Shown: positions 11,264-22,300 of the stretch, in pieces
Layout of the letters: every line of letters starts with the position of its first letter
How positions within the stretch are numbered: position 1 is the stretch's first letter
DNA from: Octopus bimaculoides
Taxonomy: Eukaryota
NCBI RefSeq assembly: GCF_001194135.2
Contig: NC_069004.1
Coordinates: 10,617,863 to 10,661,950 of the forward strand
Length of the DNA stretch: 44,088 nt
Reading direction: 5' to 3'
Program-made: the position numbers and the translations under genes
The notes under the pieces: model-generated
The model's input: the letters and a program-made list of their open reading frames with translations, nothing else
Database searches by the model: none
What the model was told of the DNA's origin: nothing

Positions 11264-12560
11264 CTTGTGGTAGTGGTGGTAGTGGCAGCAGTGATGGTGG
11301 TGGCAGCAGTGGCGATGGCAGTAGTGGTGGTGGTGTNNNNNNNNNNNNNNNNNNNNNNNNNNNNNNNNNNNNNNNNNNNNNNNNNNNNNNNNNNNNNNNN
11401 NNNNNNNNNNNNNNNNNNNNNNNNNNNNNNNNNNNNNNNNNNNNNNNNNNNNNNNNNNNNNNNNNNNNNNNNNNNNNNNNNNNNNNNNNNNNNNNNNNNN
11501 NNNNNNNNNNNNNNNNNNNNNNNNNNNNNNNNNNNNNNNNNNNNNNNNNNNNNNNNNNNNNNNNNNNNNNNNNNNNNNNNNNNNNNNNNNNNNNNNNNNN
11601 NNNNNNNNNNNNNNNNNNNNNNNNNNNNNNNNNNNNNNNNNNNNNNNNNNNNNNNNNNNNNNNNNNNNNNNNNNNNNNNNNNNNNNNNNNNNNNNNNNNN
11701 NNNNNNNNNNNNNNNNNNNNNNNNNNNNNNNNNNNNNNNNNNNNNNNNNNNNNNNNNNNNNNNNNNNNNNNNNNNNNNNNNNNNNNNNNNNNNNNNNNNN
11801 NNNNNNNNNNNNNNNNNNNNNNNNNNNNNNNNNNNNNNNNNNNNNNNNNNNNNNNNNNNNNNNNNNNNNNNNNNNNNNNNNNNNNNNNNNNNNNNNNNNN
11901 NNNNNNNNNNNNNNNNNNNNNNNNNNNNNNNNNNNNNNNNNNNNNNNNNNNNNNNNNNNNNNNNNNNNNNNNNNNNNNNNNNNNNNNNNNNNNNNNNNNN
12001 NNNNNNNNNNNNNNNNNNNNNNNNNNNNNNNNNNNNNNNNNNNNNNNNNNNNNNNNNNNNNNNNNNNNNNNNNNNNNNNNNNAGTGGCAGCAGTGATGGT
12101 GGTGGCAGCAGTGGCGATGGCAGTAGTGGTGGTGGTGTTACTGTACATTGTTGTTTCATCAGACACCTTACATGTTCCTGCATTGTCTTTTCAGTGTTGT
12201 TTGTTGCCGGTTGTCATTGCCATGGTGGTGGTGGTGGTGTAATGTGTATTTTTGCTATTGTTGGTGGTGGTGATGTGTATATTGTTGTTGGAAGTTGGTG
12301 GGTCTGGTTACTGGCTGGTACACGTTCTTGTGTTGTTACTAGGTGTCTTGTTGTTGTAATTCTTGTTTGTTGTGACTGTTGCTGTAGTTCTTTACTGTTT
12401 CCTCCTATTGTTGCTGTTAGTTGAGTGCTCTTTTGTTGCTATTGTGTTGTTGTTGTACATTATTTTTTCATTGTGCTGTAGTGTTTACCGGTGTTGTTTG
12501 ATGGCTGCTGTTTATGTTGTTATTGTGAGAGGCAGGACCGAAGTAGGTAGCCAGTTGCAC
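11264..12560. repeat. (GTG/GTT/GCA)n low-complexity tract spanning a gap
   Basis: Triplet repeats on both sides of gap 11337-12082. Confidence 0.88.
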
Positions 12561-12798
12561 TAAACAATTCAGTTTCTCATTGTGGGACCCCAGACTTAAT
12601 GCCTTGTGGTATTAAACTAGTGGCTAGAACTGGTAGACCAACAGGCATGGCTATGTGCTTCAGAGGTTCACTTCATGTCCATTCGTTTTAAAGTTGAATG
12701 TTTTATCATCAAGTTGACTAATGGCTTATGTATGTGTGTGCACGTGTGTTTATTTAAAAGCACTGCTTTTAAATTCATTTAATTTAAAATAAACTAAA

Positions 12799-13110
12799 TT
12801 GTTGTTGTTGGCACTCGGTCGCTTACGATGTCGAGGGTTCCAGTTGATCCAATCAACGGAACAGCCTGCTCGTGAAATTAACGTACAAATTGCTGAGTTC
12901 TCCACAGACACGTGTACCCTTAACGTAGTTCTCGGGGATATTCAGCGTGACACAGTGTGACAAGGCTGACTCTTTGAATTACAGGCACAACAGAAACAGG
13001 AAGTAAGAGTAAGAGAAAGTTGTGGTGGGAGAGTACAGCAGGGTTCGCCACCATCCCCTGTGGGAGCCTCGTGGAGCTTTAGGTGTTTTCGCTCAATAAA
13101 CACTCACAAC
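12799..13110 (-). mobile_element. SINE family E; (CAA)n tail, head lost in gap
   Basis: (TTG)n start, then GCTCGTGAAATTAACG...CACAGACACGTGTACCCTTAACGTAGTTCTCGGGG...GTGACAAGGCTG. I recall this as an abundant octopus SINE with a Deu/Nin-like domain (unverified). Single copy in the window. Confidence 0.65.
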
Positions 13111-14095
13111 NNNNNNNNNNNNNNNNNNNNNNNNNNNNNNNNNNNNNNNNNNNNNNNNNNNNNNNNNNNNNNNNNNNNNNNNNNNNNNNNNNNNNNNNNN
13201 NNNNNNNNNNNNNNNNNNNNNNNNNNNNNNNNNNNNNNNNNNNNNNNNNNNNNNNNNNNNNNNNNNNNNNNNNNNNNNNNNNNNNNNNNNNNNNNNNNNN
13301 NNNNNNNNNNNNNNNNNNNNNNNNNNNNNNNNNNNNNNNNNNNNNNNNNNNNNNNNNNNNNNNNNNNNNNNNNNNNNNNNNNNNNNNNNNNNNNNNNNNN
13401 NNNNNNNNNNNNNNNNNNNNNNNNNNNNNNNNNNNNNNNNNNNNNNNNNNNNNNNNNNNNNNNNNNNNNNNNNNNNNNNNNNNNNNNNNNNNNNNNNNNN
13501 NNNNNNNNNNNNNNNNNNNNNNNNNNNNNNNNNNNNNNNNNNNNNNNNNNNNNNNNNNNNNNNNNNNNNNNNNNNNNNNNNNNNNNNNNNNNNNNNNNNN
13601 NNNNNNNNNNNNNNNNNNNNNNNNNNNNNNNNNNNNNNNNNNNNNNNNNNNNNNNNNNNNNNNNNNNNNNNNNNNNNNNNNNNNNNNNNNNNNNNNNNNN
13701 NNNNNNNNNNNNNNNNNNNNNNNNNNNNNNNNNNNNNNNNNNNNNNNNNNNNNNNNNNNNNNNNNNNNNNNNNNNNNNNNNNNNNNNNNNNNNNNNNNNN
13801 NNNNNNNNNNNNNNNNNNNNNNNNNNNNNNNNNNNNNNNNNNNNNNNNGCACCTATCAATGTGCTAACGATTCTGTGAGCTTGTTGCCTAAAAACAATTA
13901 TAATTACAACTTCAACAGCAACAACAACAACAATAATAATAATGAAAAATACAAGTTTTGGATTTTCACAAAAGTTATTAAAACTCTGAAATAATGAAAG
14001 TAAACAAATAAAAATCAATTTTTTTTGTGATGTGAAAAAAAAAAAAGCTATCTAATCTTTCACTTTAATTTTGTTTTCAAAATTTTAATTAAAAG

Positions 14096-14165
14096 ATGAT
14101 GATGCTGGCAGCGTTATGTCATTGAAATTTTCTTGGACCAATCTCTCGACTTACAAGTTTATTCG
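14096..14165 (+). CDS. Candidate internal coding exon 2 (70 nt, phase 1 to 2)
   Basis: AT-rich acceptor TTTTAATTAAAAG| and donor CG|GTGAGT. Reads (D)DDAGSVMSLKFSWTNLSTYKFI(R) and joins 15567 in frame. Confidence 0.7.
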
Positions 14166-14960
14166 GTGAGTTGCGATATTTCTTTTATTCCATTAAATTC
14201 AACCATGCCAGAGCACCCATATGGTTGTTTTTTTTAATGTCTTTTTCTGTTTAGTCTATTTTATAAGTTTTATATTGTGGGTGGTGGAAATAATTTACTT
14301 GTGGTAGACTGGCGTCTTATCCAGGGAAAGGTTTGTCTTGCATCTGTTACTTCAGAAGTGAGTTAGGTAGGTACTTTTCTTATAGATTTTCTCAATGACA
14401 ACAAAATCCCTTCTCAGGAAAATAACAAAGAAAATGAAGAGAACATTGTGCCTTGGACTTTCTGAAGAAGTTAGAACGACACAAAAACTGTTAGGTTCAC
14501 AATGTAAAAGACAGGTTATTAGGAAAATTAAAACTAAGACATTACACTGAACTTATAAAAAAAAAACTCATCATCATCACCAAGATGCTGGTGTTTTAAA
14601 AATGCTTACTGGTGCATTTGATTACACTCAGACAATTTGAGAAATGGTTAAAAAAAAAAAACAGGGTCCTGAAGTGCCTAAACCCAACCTAACCAATAAT
14701 CTTTCATATTTTATTTCTTTCAAGTACATCTTATTTTAGTTATTGTGTTTTGCAATTTTTATTTATTTATTTCAATGCAAATGTGTGTGTGTGTGTGTGT
14801 GTGTGTGTTTTTGTATGTTTATATGTGTGTGTCTAATATTCTTCATACAACCTTCTATGTATTGTTGAACATCTCTCATCTGCTCCCTTCATATTTGTGA
14901 ATGTAATTTCTTCACACTCCAGTTTACCCTTTCTAGTTAGAGTTTCATATACTATTTTAC

Positions 14961-15055
14961 TATTTTACTTGTTTCACTCATTTTGACTGCAGCCATGCTG
15001 GAGCACCGTCTTTAGTTGAACAAATCGACCCCAGGACTTATTCTTTGTTAGCCTA
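14961..15055 (-). mobile_element. SINE family A, 3' fragment
   Basis: TTTTACTTGTTTCA...GCCATGCTGGAGCACCGTCTTTAGT...CCAGGACTTATTCTTTG. Confidence 0.85.
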
Positions 15056-15144
15056 ACGCTTAGCGGTATTTCGCCTATCATTACATTCTGAATTAAAATT
15101 CCGCCAAGGTCAATTTTGCCTCTAATCCTGTCAGGGTTGATGAA
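15056..15144 (+). mobile_element. SINE family C fragment
   Basis: GCTTAGCGGTATTTCG...TTCTGAATTAAAATTCCGCCAAGGTCAATTTTGCC. Confidence 0.7.
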
Positions 15145-15495
15145 NNNNNNNNNNNNNNNNNNNNNNNNNNNNNNNNNNNNNNNNNNNNNNNNNNNNNNNN
15201 NNNNNNNNNNNNNNNNNNNNNNNNNNNNNNNNNNNNNNNNNNNNNNNNNNNNNNNNNNNNNNNNNNNNNNNNNNNNNNNNNNNNNNNNNNNNNNNNNNNN
15301 NNNNNNNNNNNNNNNNNNNNNNNNNNNNNNNNNNNNNNNNNNNNNNNNNNNNNNNNNNNNNNNNNNNNNNNNNNNNNNNNNNNNNNNNNNNNNNNNNNNN
15401 NNNNNNNNNNNNNNNNNNNNNNNNNNNNNNNNNNNNNNNNNNNNNNNNNNNNNNNNNNNNNNNNNNNNNNNNNNNNNNNNNNNNNNNNNNNNNNN

Positions 15496-15535
<40 letters not shown>

Positions 15536-15566
15536 GTGAAGAGTCTTTCTGTGTTGTTTCCTGCAG

Positions 15567-15717
15567 GAAGAACGAAGCCGGTAATATAACTTTGAAGTTA
15601 TTGGTACCAATTCCAGATTATATCCATCAACCGGATGCTTCATTGCATTTATTCCTGAACCCTGACTGTAACTATGGACTGAAAATTGACTGGGCTCTGA
15701 AAGAGACCCTGGGCCAG
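15567..15717 (+). CDS. Candidate internal coding exon 3 (151 nt, phase 2 to 0)
   Basis: Acceptor TCTTTCTGTGTTGTTTCCTGCAG| and perfect donor CAG|GTAAGT. 50 open codons: KNEAGNITLKLLVPIPDYIHQPDASLHLFLNPDCNYGLKIDWALKETLGQ. Confidence 0.8.
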
Positions 15718-16074
15718 GTAAGTGGAATCTTCTTCTTAGTCCTTCTGGAATCTCGTGCCAGCTGAGCCAATATTTGAAATGTCTAGTGGCTGCAATACCA
15801 GCCGGAAAAGTTTTTTTTTTTTTTTTTTACCTGTTTGTGTTCAGCAGCCACCTGGAGAAGTGCGATCTAATGCATGTTTTACTTCTGTTTTACATTGGGT
15901 CAACTATTGTTAAGGGTTGAAGTCCTTTGTGTTCTTGAAGGAGGAAATTTAGTATTTGGGATAAAATGTGGGATAAAGTATCCCACATTTTATTCCAAAA
16001 GTGTGGGATACGTTGGGATAAAGTGTGGGATACATTAATGATATCTGGTTTGGTTGTCTTACTGATATGGGATT

Positions 16075-16410
16075 TGGTTGTGTGGTCTGTCATGAGGTAG
16101 TTGTGAGATTGTGTGGTCTGTTGTCAAGTTGTTGTGAAGTCTGTGGTGCAGGTTGTATAACTTATGATTGAAGTAGTTGTAAGGTTGTGTGGTCTGTTGT
16201 GAGGTAGTTGTGAGATTGTGTGGTCTGTTGTGAAGTCTGTGGTGCAGGTTGTATAACTTATGATTGAAGTAGTTGTAAGGTTGTGTGGTCTGTTGTGAGG
16301 TAGTTGTATAGTCTTTGGTGAGATTGTTGTGAAACCTGTGGTGAGGGTTGTATAGTCTATAGTTGAAGTAGTTGTGAGGTTGTGGTATGAGGTGAGGTTG
16401 TTGGATGGCT
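16075..16410. repeat. GT-rich minisatellite, ~96-99-bp units with ~30-bp subunits
   Basis: GTTGTGAA(GT/AC)CTGTGGTG recurs at 16131, 16227 and 16326. Confidence 0.85.
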
Positions 16411-16414
16411 GTTG

Positions 16415-16635
16415 TGTGAGGGGGTGTTGAAAAGTTCCAGGCTTTAAGGGTATCACGAAAATCTTGGTTGGAGTCCTAACCTTCCGAGTTCTTTTATAGA
16501 GCTTAGAAAAGCTGAAGTACTGTTGCAATAAGTGTGTGAATCTGAGAGGGGAATATGTTGAATAAAATCATAATTAACTGATCCTCCTGCATTTTCTTTT
16601 ACTCAAAGCCAGGACCTTTCCAACATCCCCTTGTG
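16415..16635 (+). mobile_element. Tc1/mariner-derived MITE (~220 bp)
   Basis: Imperfect TIRs GAGGGGGTGTTGAAAAGTTCCAGGCTTT / AAAGCCAGGACCTTTCCAACATCCCCTTG. 16500-16565 encodes SLEKLKYCCNKCVNLRGEYVE*, typical of a mariner transposase C-terminus. Confidence 0.85.
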
Positions 16636-16698
16636 TAGACAATGGCAGAGAAGTAGTTGTGTAGTCTGTGATGAAGTTGTTGTTGTATATGATTATCT

Positions 16699-16766
16699 GT
16701 CTGAGTTCAAATTCTGTCAAGATCAATGTTGCTTTTTATCATTCTGGGGTTGATAAATGAAGCACA
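16699..16766 (+). mobile_element. SINE family C fragment
   Basis: CTGAGTTCAAATTCTGTCAAGATCAATGTTGCTTTTTATCATTCTGGGGTTGATAAATGAAG. Confidence 0.65.
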
Positions 16767-17329
16767 AGTCAAAGAACGGAGTTGGATGTCTTAAAAAAAA
16801 CAAAACAAAGNNNNNNNNNNNNNNNNNNNNNNNNNNNNNNNNNNNNNNNNNNNNNNNNNNNNNNNNNNNNNNNNNNNNNNNNNNNNNNNNNNNNNNNNNN
16901 NNNNNNNNNNNNNNNNNNNNNNNNNNNNNNNNNNNNNNNNNNNNNNNNNNNNNNNNNNNNNNNNNNNNNNNNNNNNNNNNNNNNNNNNNNNNNNNNNNNN
17001 NNNNNNNNNNNNNNNNNNNNNNNNNNNNNNNNNNNNNNNNNNNNNNNNNNNNNNNNNNNNNNNNNNNNNNNNNNNNNNNNNNNNNNNNNNNNNNNNNNNN
17101 NNNNNNNNNNNNNNNNNNNNNNNNNNNNNNNNNNNNNNNNNNNNNNNNNNNNNNNNNNNNNNNNNNNNNNNNNNNNNNNNNNNNNNNNNNNNNNNNNNNN
17201 NNNNNNNNTCTCCCTCTTCCTTCTCCTTCCTCTCCATTCCTTCCTTTCTCTCTATTTTACAATGTATCTCTTTGCATTTATGTCATCCTTTTATCCTTCT
17301 CTAATTACCAGTCTCTCATTTCCTCACTC

Positions 17330-17365
<36 letters not shown>

Positions 17366-17459
17366 CTCTTTTCCTTCATATCTTTCTCATCTCTAACTCA
17401 TTACTTCGCTTCTCTTCTCTCCATCTCTCTCTCACACACAGTCTTCCCTATGTCTTTTA

Positions 17460-17507
<48 letters not shown>

Positions 17508-17850
17508 ATCCCTCTCTGTCACCTCCCACCGCCAACTGTCGGACACAGTTCATTAAGGCAGCTGGAATTAGTTATTAATACACAACTGTTTCTGTTAGAT
17601 AATATTGATCTAACACTAAGCAAGGCATACACCTACACACAAACCCACACAGTCTCACAAACAGTCGCGGACACACACACACACATACATTGCGTTGCAT
17701 AAACACAAACATTCCTACACACCTACACACACATTACACACTTCATAAATACGTATAAGCATTCTTACGCACGCACGCAGGCCATGTGCCCTCTACGTCT
17801 GACAGGTTGTTCAATACAACCCTGTTTACTTTAAAATGCTACTTATAGGA

Positions 17851-17854
17851 CATT

Positions 17855-17896
<42 letters not shown>

Positions 17897-18170
17897 GTTT
17901 AACATCCACTTTCCATGCTGGCATGGGTTGGATGGTTTGACTGAGGACTGACTGGCTGTATCAGGTTCCCATCTGATCTGGCAAGGTTTCTACAGCTGGA
18001 TGCCCTTCCTATTGCCAACCACTCCGAGAGTGTAGTGGGTGCTTTTTACATGCCACCGACACGAAGGCCAGTCAGGCAGTTTTGGCATTGACCACGCTCG
18101 AATGGTGCTTTTTACATGCCACCAGCACGGGAGCCAGTCAGGCGGCACTGGCACCAACCACGCCCGAATT
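17851..18170 (-). mobile_element. Family D RTE-type retroposon 3' region with internal ~65-bp duplication
   Basis: Long (CAT)n tail and GGATGCCCTTCCT motif. GTGCTTTTTACATGCCACC...CCAGTCAGGC...ACCACGC(T/C)CGAAT occurs twice in tandem. Confidence 0.85.
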
Positions 18171-18262
18171 GTGTGTATATATGTTTCTCTATATTTGTGT
18201 GTGTGTATCCACAAGTTTGTGATGATAATTTGTGTGTATACATGTATATCTGTGTGTGTGTG

Positions 18263-18298
<36 letters not shown>

Positions 18299-18299
<1 letters not shown>

Positions 18300-18466
18300 G
18301 ACAGGCTTCTTTCAGTTTCTGTCTACCAAATCCACTCACAAGACTTTTGTCAGCCTGAGGCTATAGTGGAAGACACTTGTCCAAGGTCCCACGCAGTGTG
18401 ATTGAACCCAGAAGCATGTGGTTGGTAAGCAAGCTACTTACCACACAACTACTCTTATGCCTGTAT
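18299..18466 (-). mobile_element. SINE family A, 5' half
   Basis: ACAGGCTTCTTTCAGTTTCTGTCTACCAAATCCACTCACAAG...GCTACTTACCACACA. Confidence 0.88.
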
Positions 18467-18484
18467 ATTTATAATTTGTGTGTA

Positions 18485-18535
<51 letters not shown>

Positions 18536-18615
18536 NNNNNNNNNNNNNNNNNNNNNNNNNNNNNNNNNNNNNNNNNNNNNNNNNNNNNNNNNNNNNNNNN
18601 NNNNNNNNNNNNNNN

Positions 18616-18710
18616 CAAAAAGACAAAAGATGAAGACAGATGTATTAGTATAATGCTCAGGAAGTGAAAAAGTGTTTAACATTTCGAGCCTACGCTCTTC
18701 CTCAGAAAAA
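18616..18710 (-). mobile_element. Penelope-like element terminal remnant with minimal hammerhead motif
   Basis: Minus strand CTGAGGAAGAGCGTAGGCTCGAAATGTT = CUGANGA, stem GAGC/GCTC, GAAA. Confidence 0.55.
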
Positions 18711-18757
18711 ACCCCAGAAAGAAAATAAAGAATGTGTAGTGGCTAATATATAATCTG

Positions 18758-18801
<44 letters not shown>

Positions 18802-18905
18802 GTGTGTGTATATATATGTAAGTAAAAAAGAGTTGTTATAGTCATAAAAAAACAGACTATTAACTCAGTGATAGACTCATTCATAAAGTTCAATAGATTT
18901 TATAG

Positions 18906-18989
18906 TTTATGGAGAATCATTTCCAAAGTTTTGCTGGTCATTGGCCTCAGAATATCATTGTCAACAAAATTATTAGAAAATATGAAGAT
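18906..18989 (+). CDS. Candidate coding exon 4 (84 nt, phase 0)
   Basis: TTTTATAG| then FMENHFQSFAGHWPQNIIVNKIIRKYED, in phase with exon 3. The donor GAT|GTGTGT is weak and lies in a (TG)n run. Confidence 0.5.
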
Positions 18990-19259
18990 GTGTGTGTGTG
19001 TATGTTTGTGTGAGTTGTTTTATTAACCTATGTATGTGTATAGAATGTCAGTATGTATGTGTGTAATATATACGTATAAGTTGTGTATATGTCTCTTTCT
19101 TTCTGTCTCTGCTGTATGTGTATATGATGATGATGATGATGCTGCAGACGTGTTACTATGCCAACAAACCTTTTGTGTAGTTAAGTATAACTGTTATTAA
19201 ATCTGTTTATCTCCAACTAAACATGTTGTTTGCTTCTTTCTTTTGTTTCTTCACTCATC

Positions 19260-19293
<34 letters not shown>

Positions 19294-19394
19294 TNNNNNN
19301 NNNNNNNNNNNNNNNNNNNNNNNNNNNNNNNNNNNNNNNNNNNNNNNNNNNNNNNNNNNNNNNNNNNNNNNNNNNNNNNNNNNNNNNNNNNNNN

Positions 19395-22300
19395 CGTTAG
19401 TTTGTTCGTTCGTTCATACGTACGTATGTACATATGTACCTACTTATGTACGTTCGTTCGTACGTTCGTTCGTACGTTCATTCGTTTGTTCGTTCGTACA
19501 CACCTACGTTCAATTCTTCGTTCGTTCGTTTTTTTTTCGTACTTACGTACGTTCGTTCAATCGTTCGTTCATTTGTTTGATCGTTTGTTTGTTCGATCGT
19601 TCGTTCGTTCTTACATACGTACTTACGACGTATATCCGTACATACGTACGGACGTTCGTTCGTTGCCTCGTTCGTTAGTTGTTTTGTTCTTTCGTACGTA
19701 CGTACGTACGTTCGTTCATTTGGTCGTTCGTTCGTTTCATTCGTTCGTTCGTTCGTTTCATTCGTTCGTTCGTCCGTACGTACGTTCGTTCGTTCATTCA
19801 TATATATGTACGTAGGAACATACGTACGTTCTCTTGTTCGTTCGTTCGTTCGTCCGTTCTTTCGTTACTTCGTTCGTTATTTCGCTCGTTCATTCGTTTT
19901 TTTGTTTCGTTCGATCGTTCATTCTTTCGTACGTTCGTTTGTTTCGTTCTTCCGTACGTACGTACGATCATTCGTTTGTTCCTTCGCACATACGTACGTT
20001 CGTTTGTTCGTTCGTTCGTTCTTTCGTACGTACGTACATTCTTTCGTTCAATCGTTCGTTCGTACGTACGTGCGTACGTTCGTTAGTTTGTTCGTTCGTT
20101 CGCTCGTTCGTTCGTACGTTCGTTCGATATTTCGTGCTGACGTACAAACTTACGGACGAACGTTCGTTCGTCCGTTCGATCGATCTTTCTTTCGCACGTA
20201 TGTACGTACTTTCGTTTGTTCTTTGGTTCGTTTGTTCGTTCGTTCTTTCGTTCATTGGTTCGTACGTGCGTACGTTCGTTAGTTTGTTCATTCGTTCATA
20301 CGTACGTACGTACATATGTACCTACTTACGAACAAAGAAATGAGCATACGTATGTACGAACGAAAGAACGATTGAACGAACAAACGAAAGAACGAACGAG
20401 CGAGCGAAAGATTGAAAGAACGAACGTACGTACGAAAAGAAAACGAACGAAAGAATGATCGAAAGTACGAACGATCGAACGAACGAACATAGGTATGTAT
20501 GTACGTACAAACGACCGAACGAACGTACGTAAGTAGGTACATATGAACGTACGAACAAAGTAACGAACGTACGCGCGTACGAACGGACGTACGTTCGGTC
20601 ATTCTTACGCACGTACATTCGTTCGTTCGTTCGTATTTAGTAACGCATGTACGTTCGTTCGTACTTATGAACGTACGTACGATCATTCGTTCTATCGTTC
20701 TTTCGTAAGTACGTACGTACGCACATCCGTTCGTTCGTTCTTTCGTTTGTTCGTTCGATCGTTCGTTAATTCGTTCGTTAGTTCGTATGTAGGTACCTCC
20801 TAACGTACGTTCGTTCATTTGTTCGTTCGTACGTACGTACTTACGTACGTACGTACATTTATTCTTTCGTTCGTTCGTACGTACGTTCGTTAGTTCGTAC
20901 GTTCGTTCGTTCGTTCATTCATACGTATATACATATGGAAATACGTACGTGCGATCTTTCATTCGTTCGTTCGTTCATTTCGTTGGTAAGCTCGTTCTTA
21001 CGTACGTGCGTACGAGTGAGCGAACGAACGATATGAACGAACTAACGAACGAATAAACGAAAGAAAGAACGAACGAATGAACGAACGAACGAACGTACGT
21101 CCGTACGAATGTACGGACGAACGAATGTACGGACGTACGAACGAAGGTACGTACGTACGAACGAACGAACGAACAAACAAATGAACAAAAGAACGAACGA
21201 ACGTACGTATGTTCCTACGTACATATATATGAACGAACGAACGTACGTACGTGCGGACGAACGAACGAACGTACGTACGGACGAACGAACGAATGAAACG
21301 AACGAACGAACGATCGAACAACCGAACGAACAAAGAAACGGACGAACGTACGTATGAACGGACGAACGAACGAACGTACGTAGGTATGAAAAAAAACGAA
21401 CGAACAAAGAATTGAACGTACGTATGTACGAACGAACGAACGAACAAACGAACGTACGTAAATAGGTACATATGTACGTACGTACGTATGAACAAACTAA
21501 CGAACGTACGCACGTACGTACGTATGAACGAAAGAACGTACGTACGAAAGAACGAAAGAACCAACGAACGAACAAACGAACCAACGAAAGAACGAACGAA
21601 TGCACGTACGGACGAACTAACGAATGAAACGAACGAACGGACGAGCAAATGAACGAACGTACGTGCGTACGTACGGAAGAAAGAAAGAACGAACGAACGT
21701 CTGTACGTATGCACGGATTTACGCACGTAAGTATGTATGTAAGAACGAACGAACGATCGAGCAAACGGACGAACGTACGTATATTCGTACTTACATACGT
21801 ATGAATGAACGAACGAACGAACGAGCGTGCGTATGTTCGTACGTAATTATGTATGAACGTACGAACGAACGAACGAATGTACGTACGTACGAACGAACGT
21901 ACGCAGGTACAATCGAACGTACGTACGTAAGAACGAATGATCGTACGTATGAACAAATGTTCGAAGGAAGGAAAGAACGTGCGTACGTAAGTAAGTTCGT
22001 ACGTACGAACGAATAAACGAAAGAAGGAACGTAATTACGAAAGAACGAAAGAACGAACGAATGAACGTACGTATGTTCCTACGTGCATATATATGAATGA
22101 CCGAACGAACGAACATACGTACGTACGAACGAACGTTGTCAGAACGAATGAAATGAACGAACGTACGTACGAAAGAACTAACGAACGAAGCATTGAACGA
22201 ACGAACGTACGTAGGTACGAAAAAAAGACGAACAAAGAATTGAACTTACGTATGTACGAACGAACAAACGAACGAACATACGAACGTACGTAAGTAGGTA

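Noticed and set aside
16606-16640. Apparent acceptor plus PGPFQHPLV* as a terminal exon
   Set aside because: It is the right TIR of the mariner MITE.
1117-17578. ORFs made largely of X residues
   Set aside because: They only span N gaps.
17790-17860. Possible exon VVQYNPVYFKMLLIG in phase with exon 3
   Set aside because: No donor; the frame runs into a (CAT)n retroposon tail.
170-18466. tRNA genes
   Set aside because: A/B-box-like heads continue into SINE bodies and do not complete a cloverleaf.
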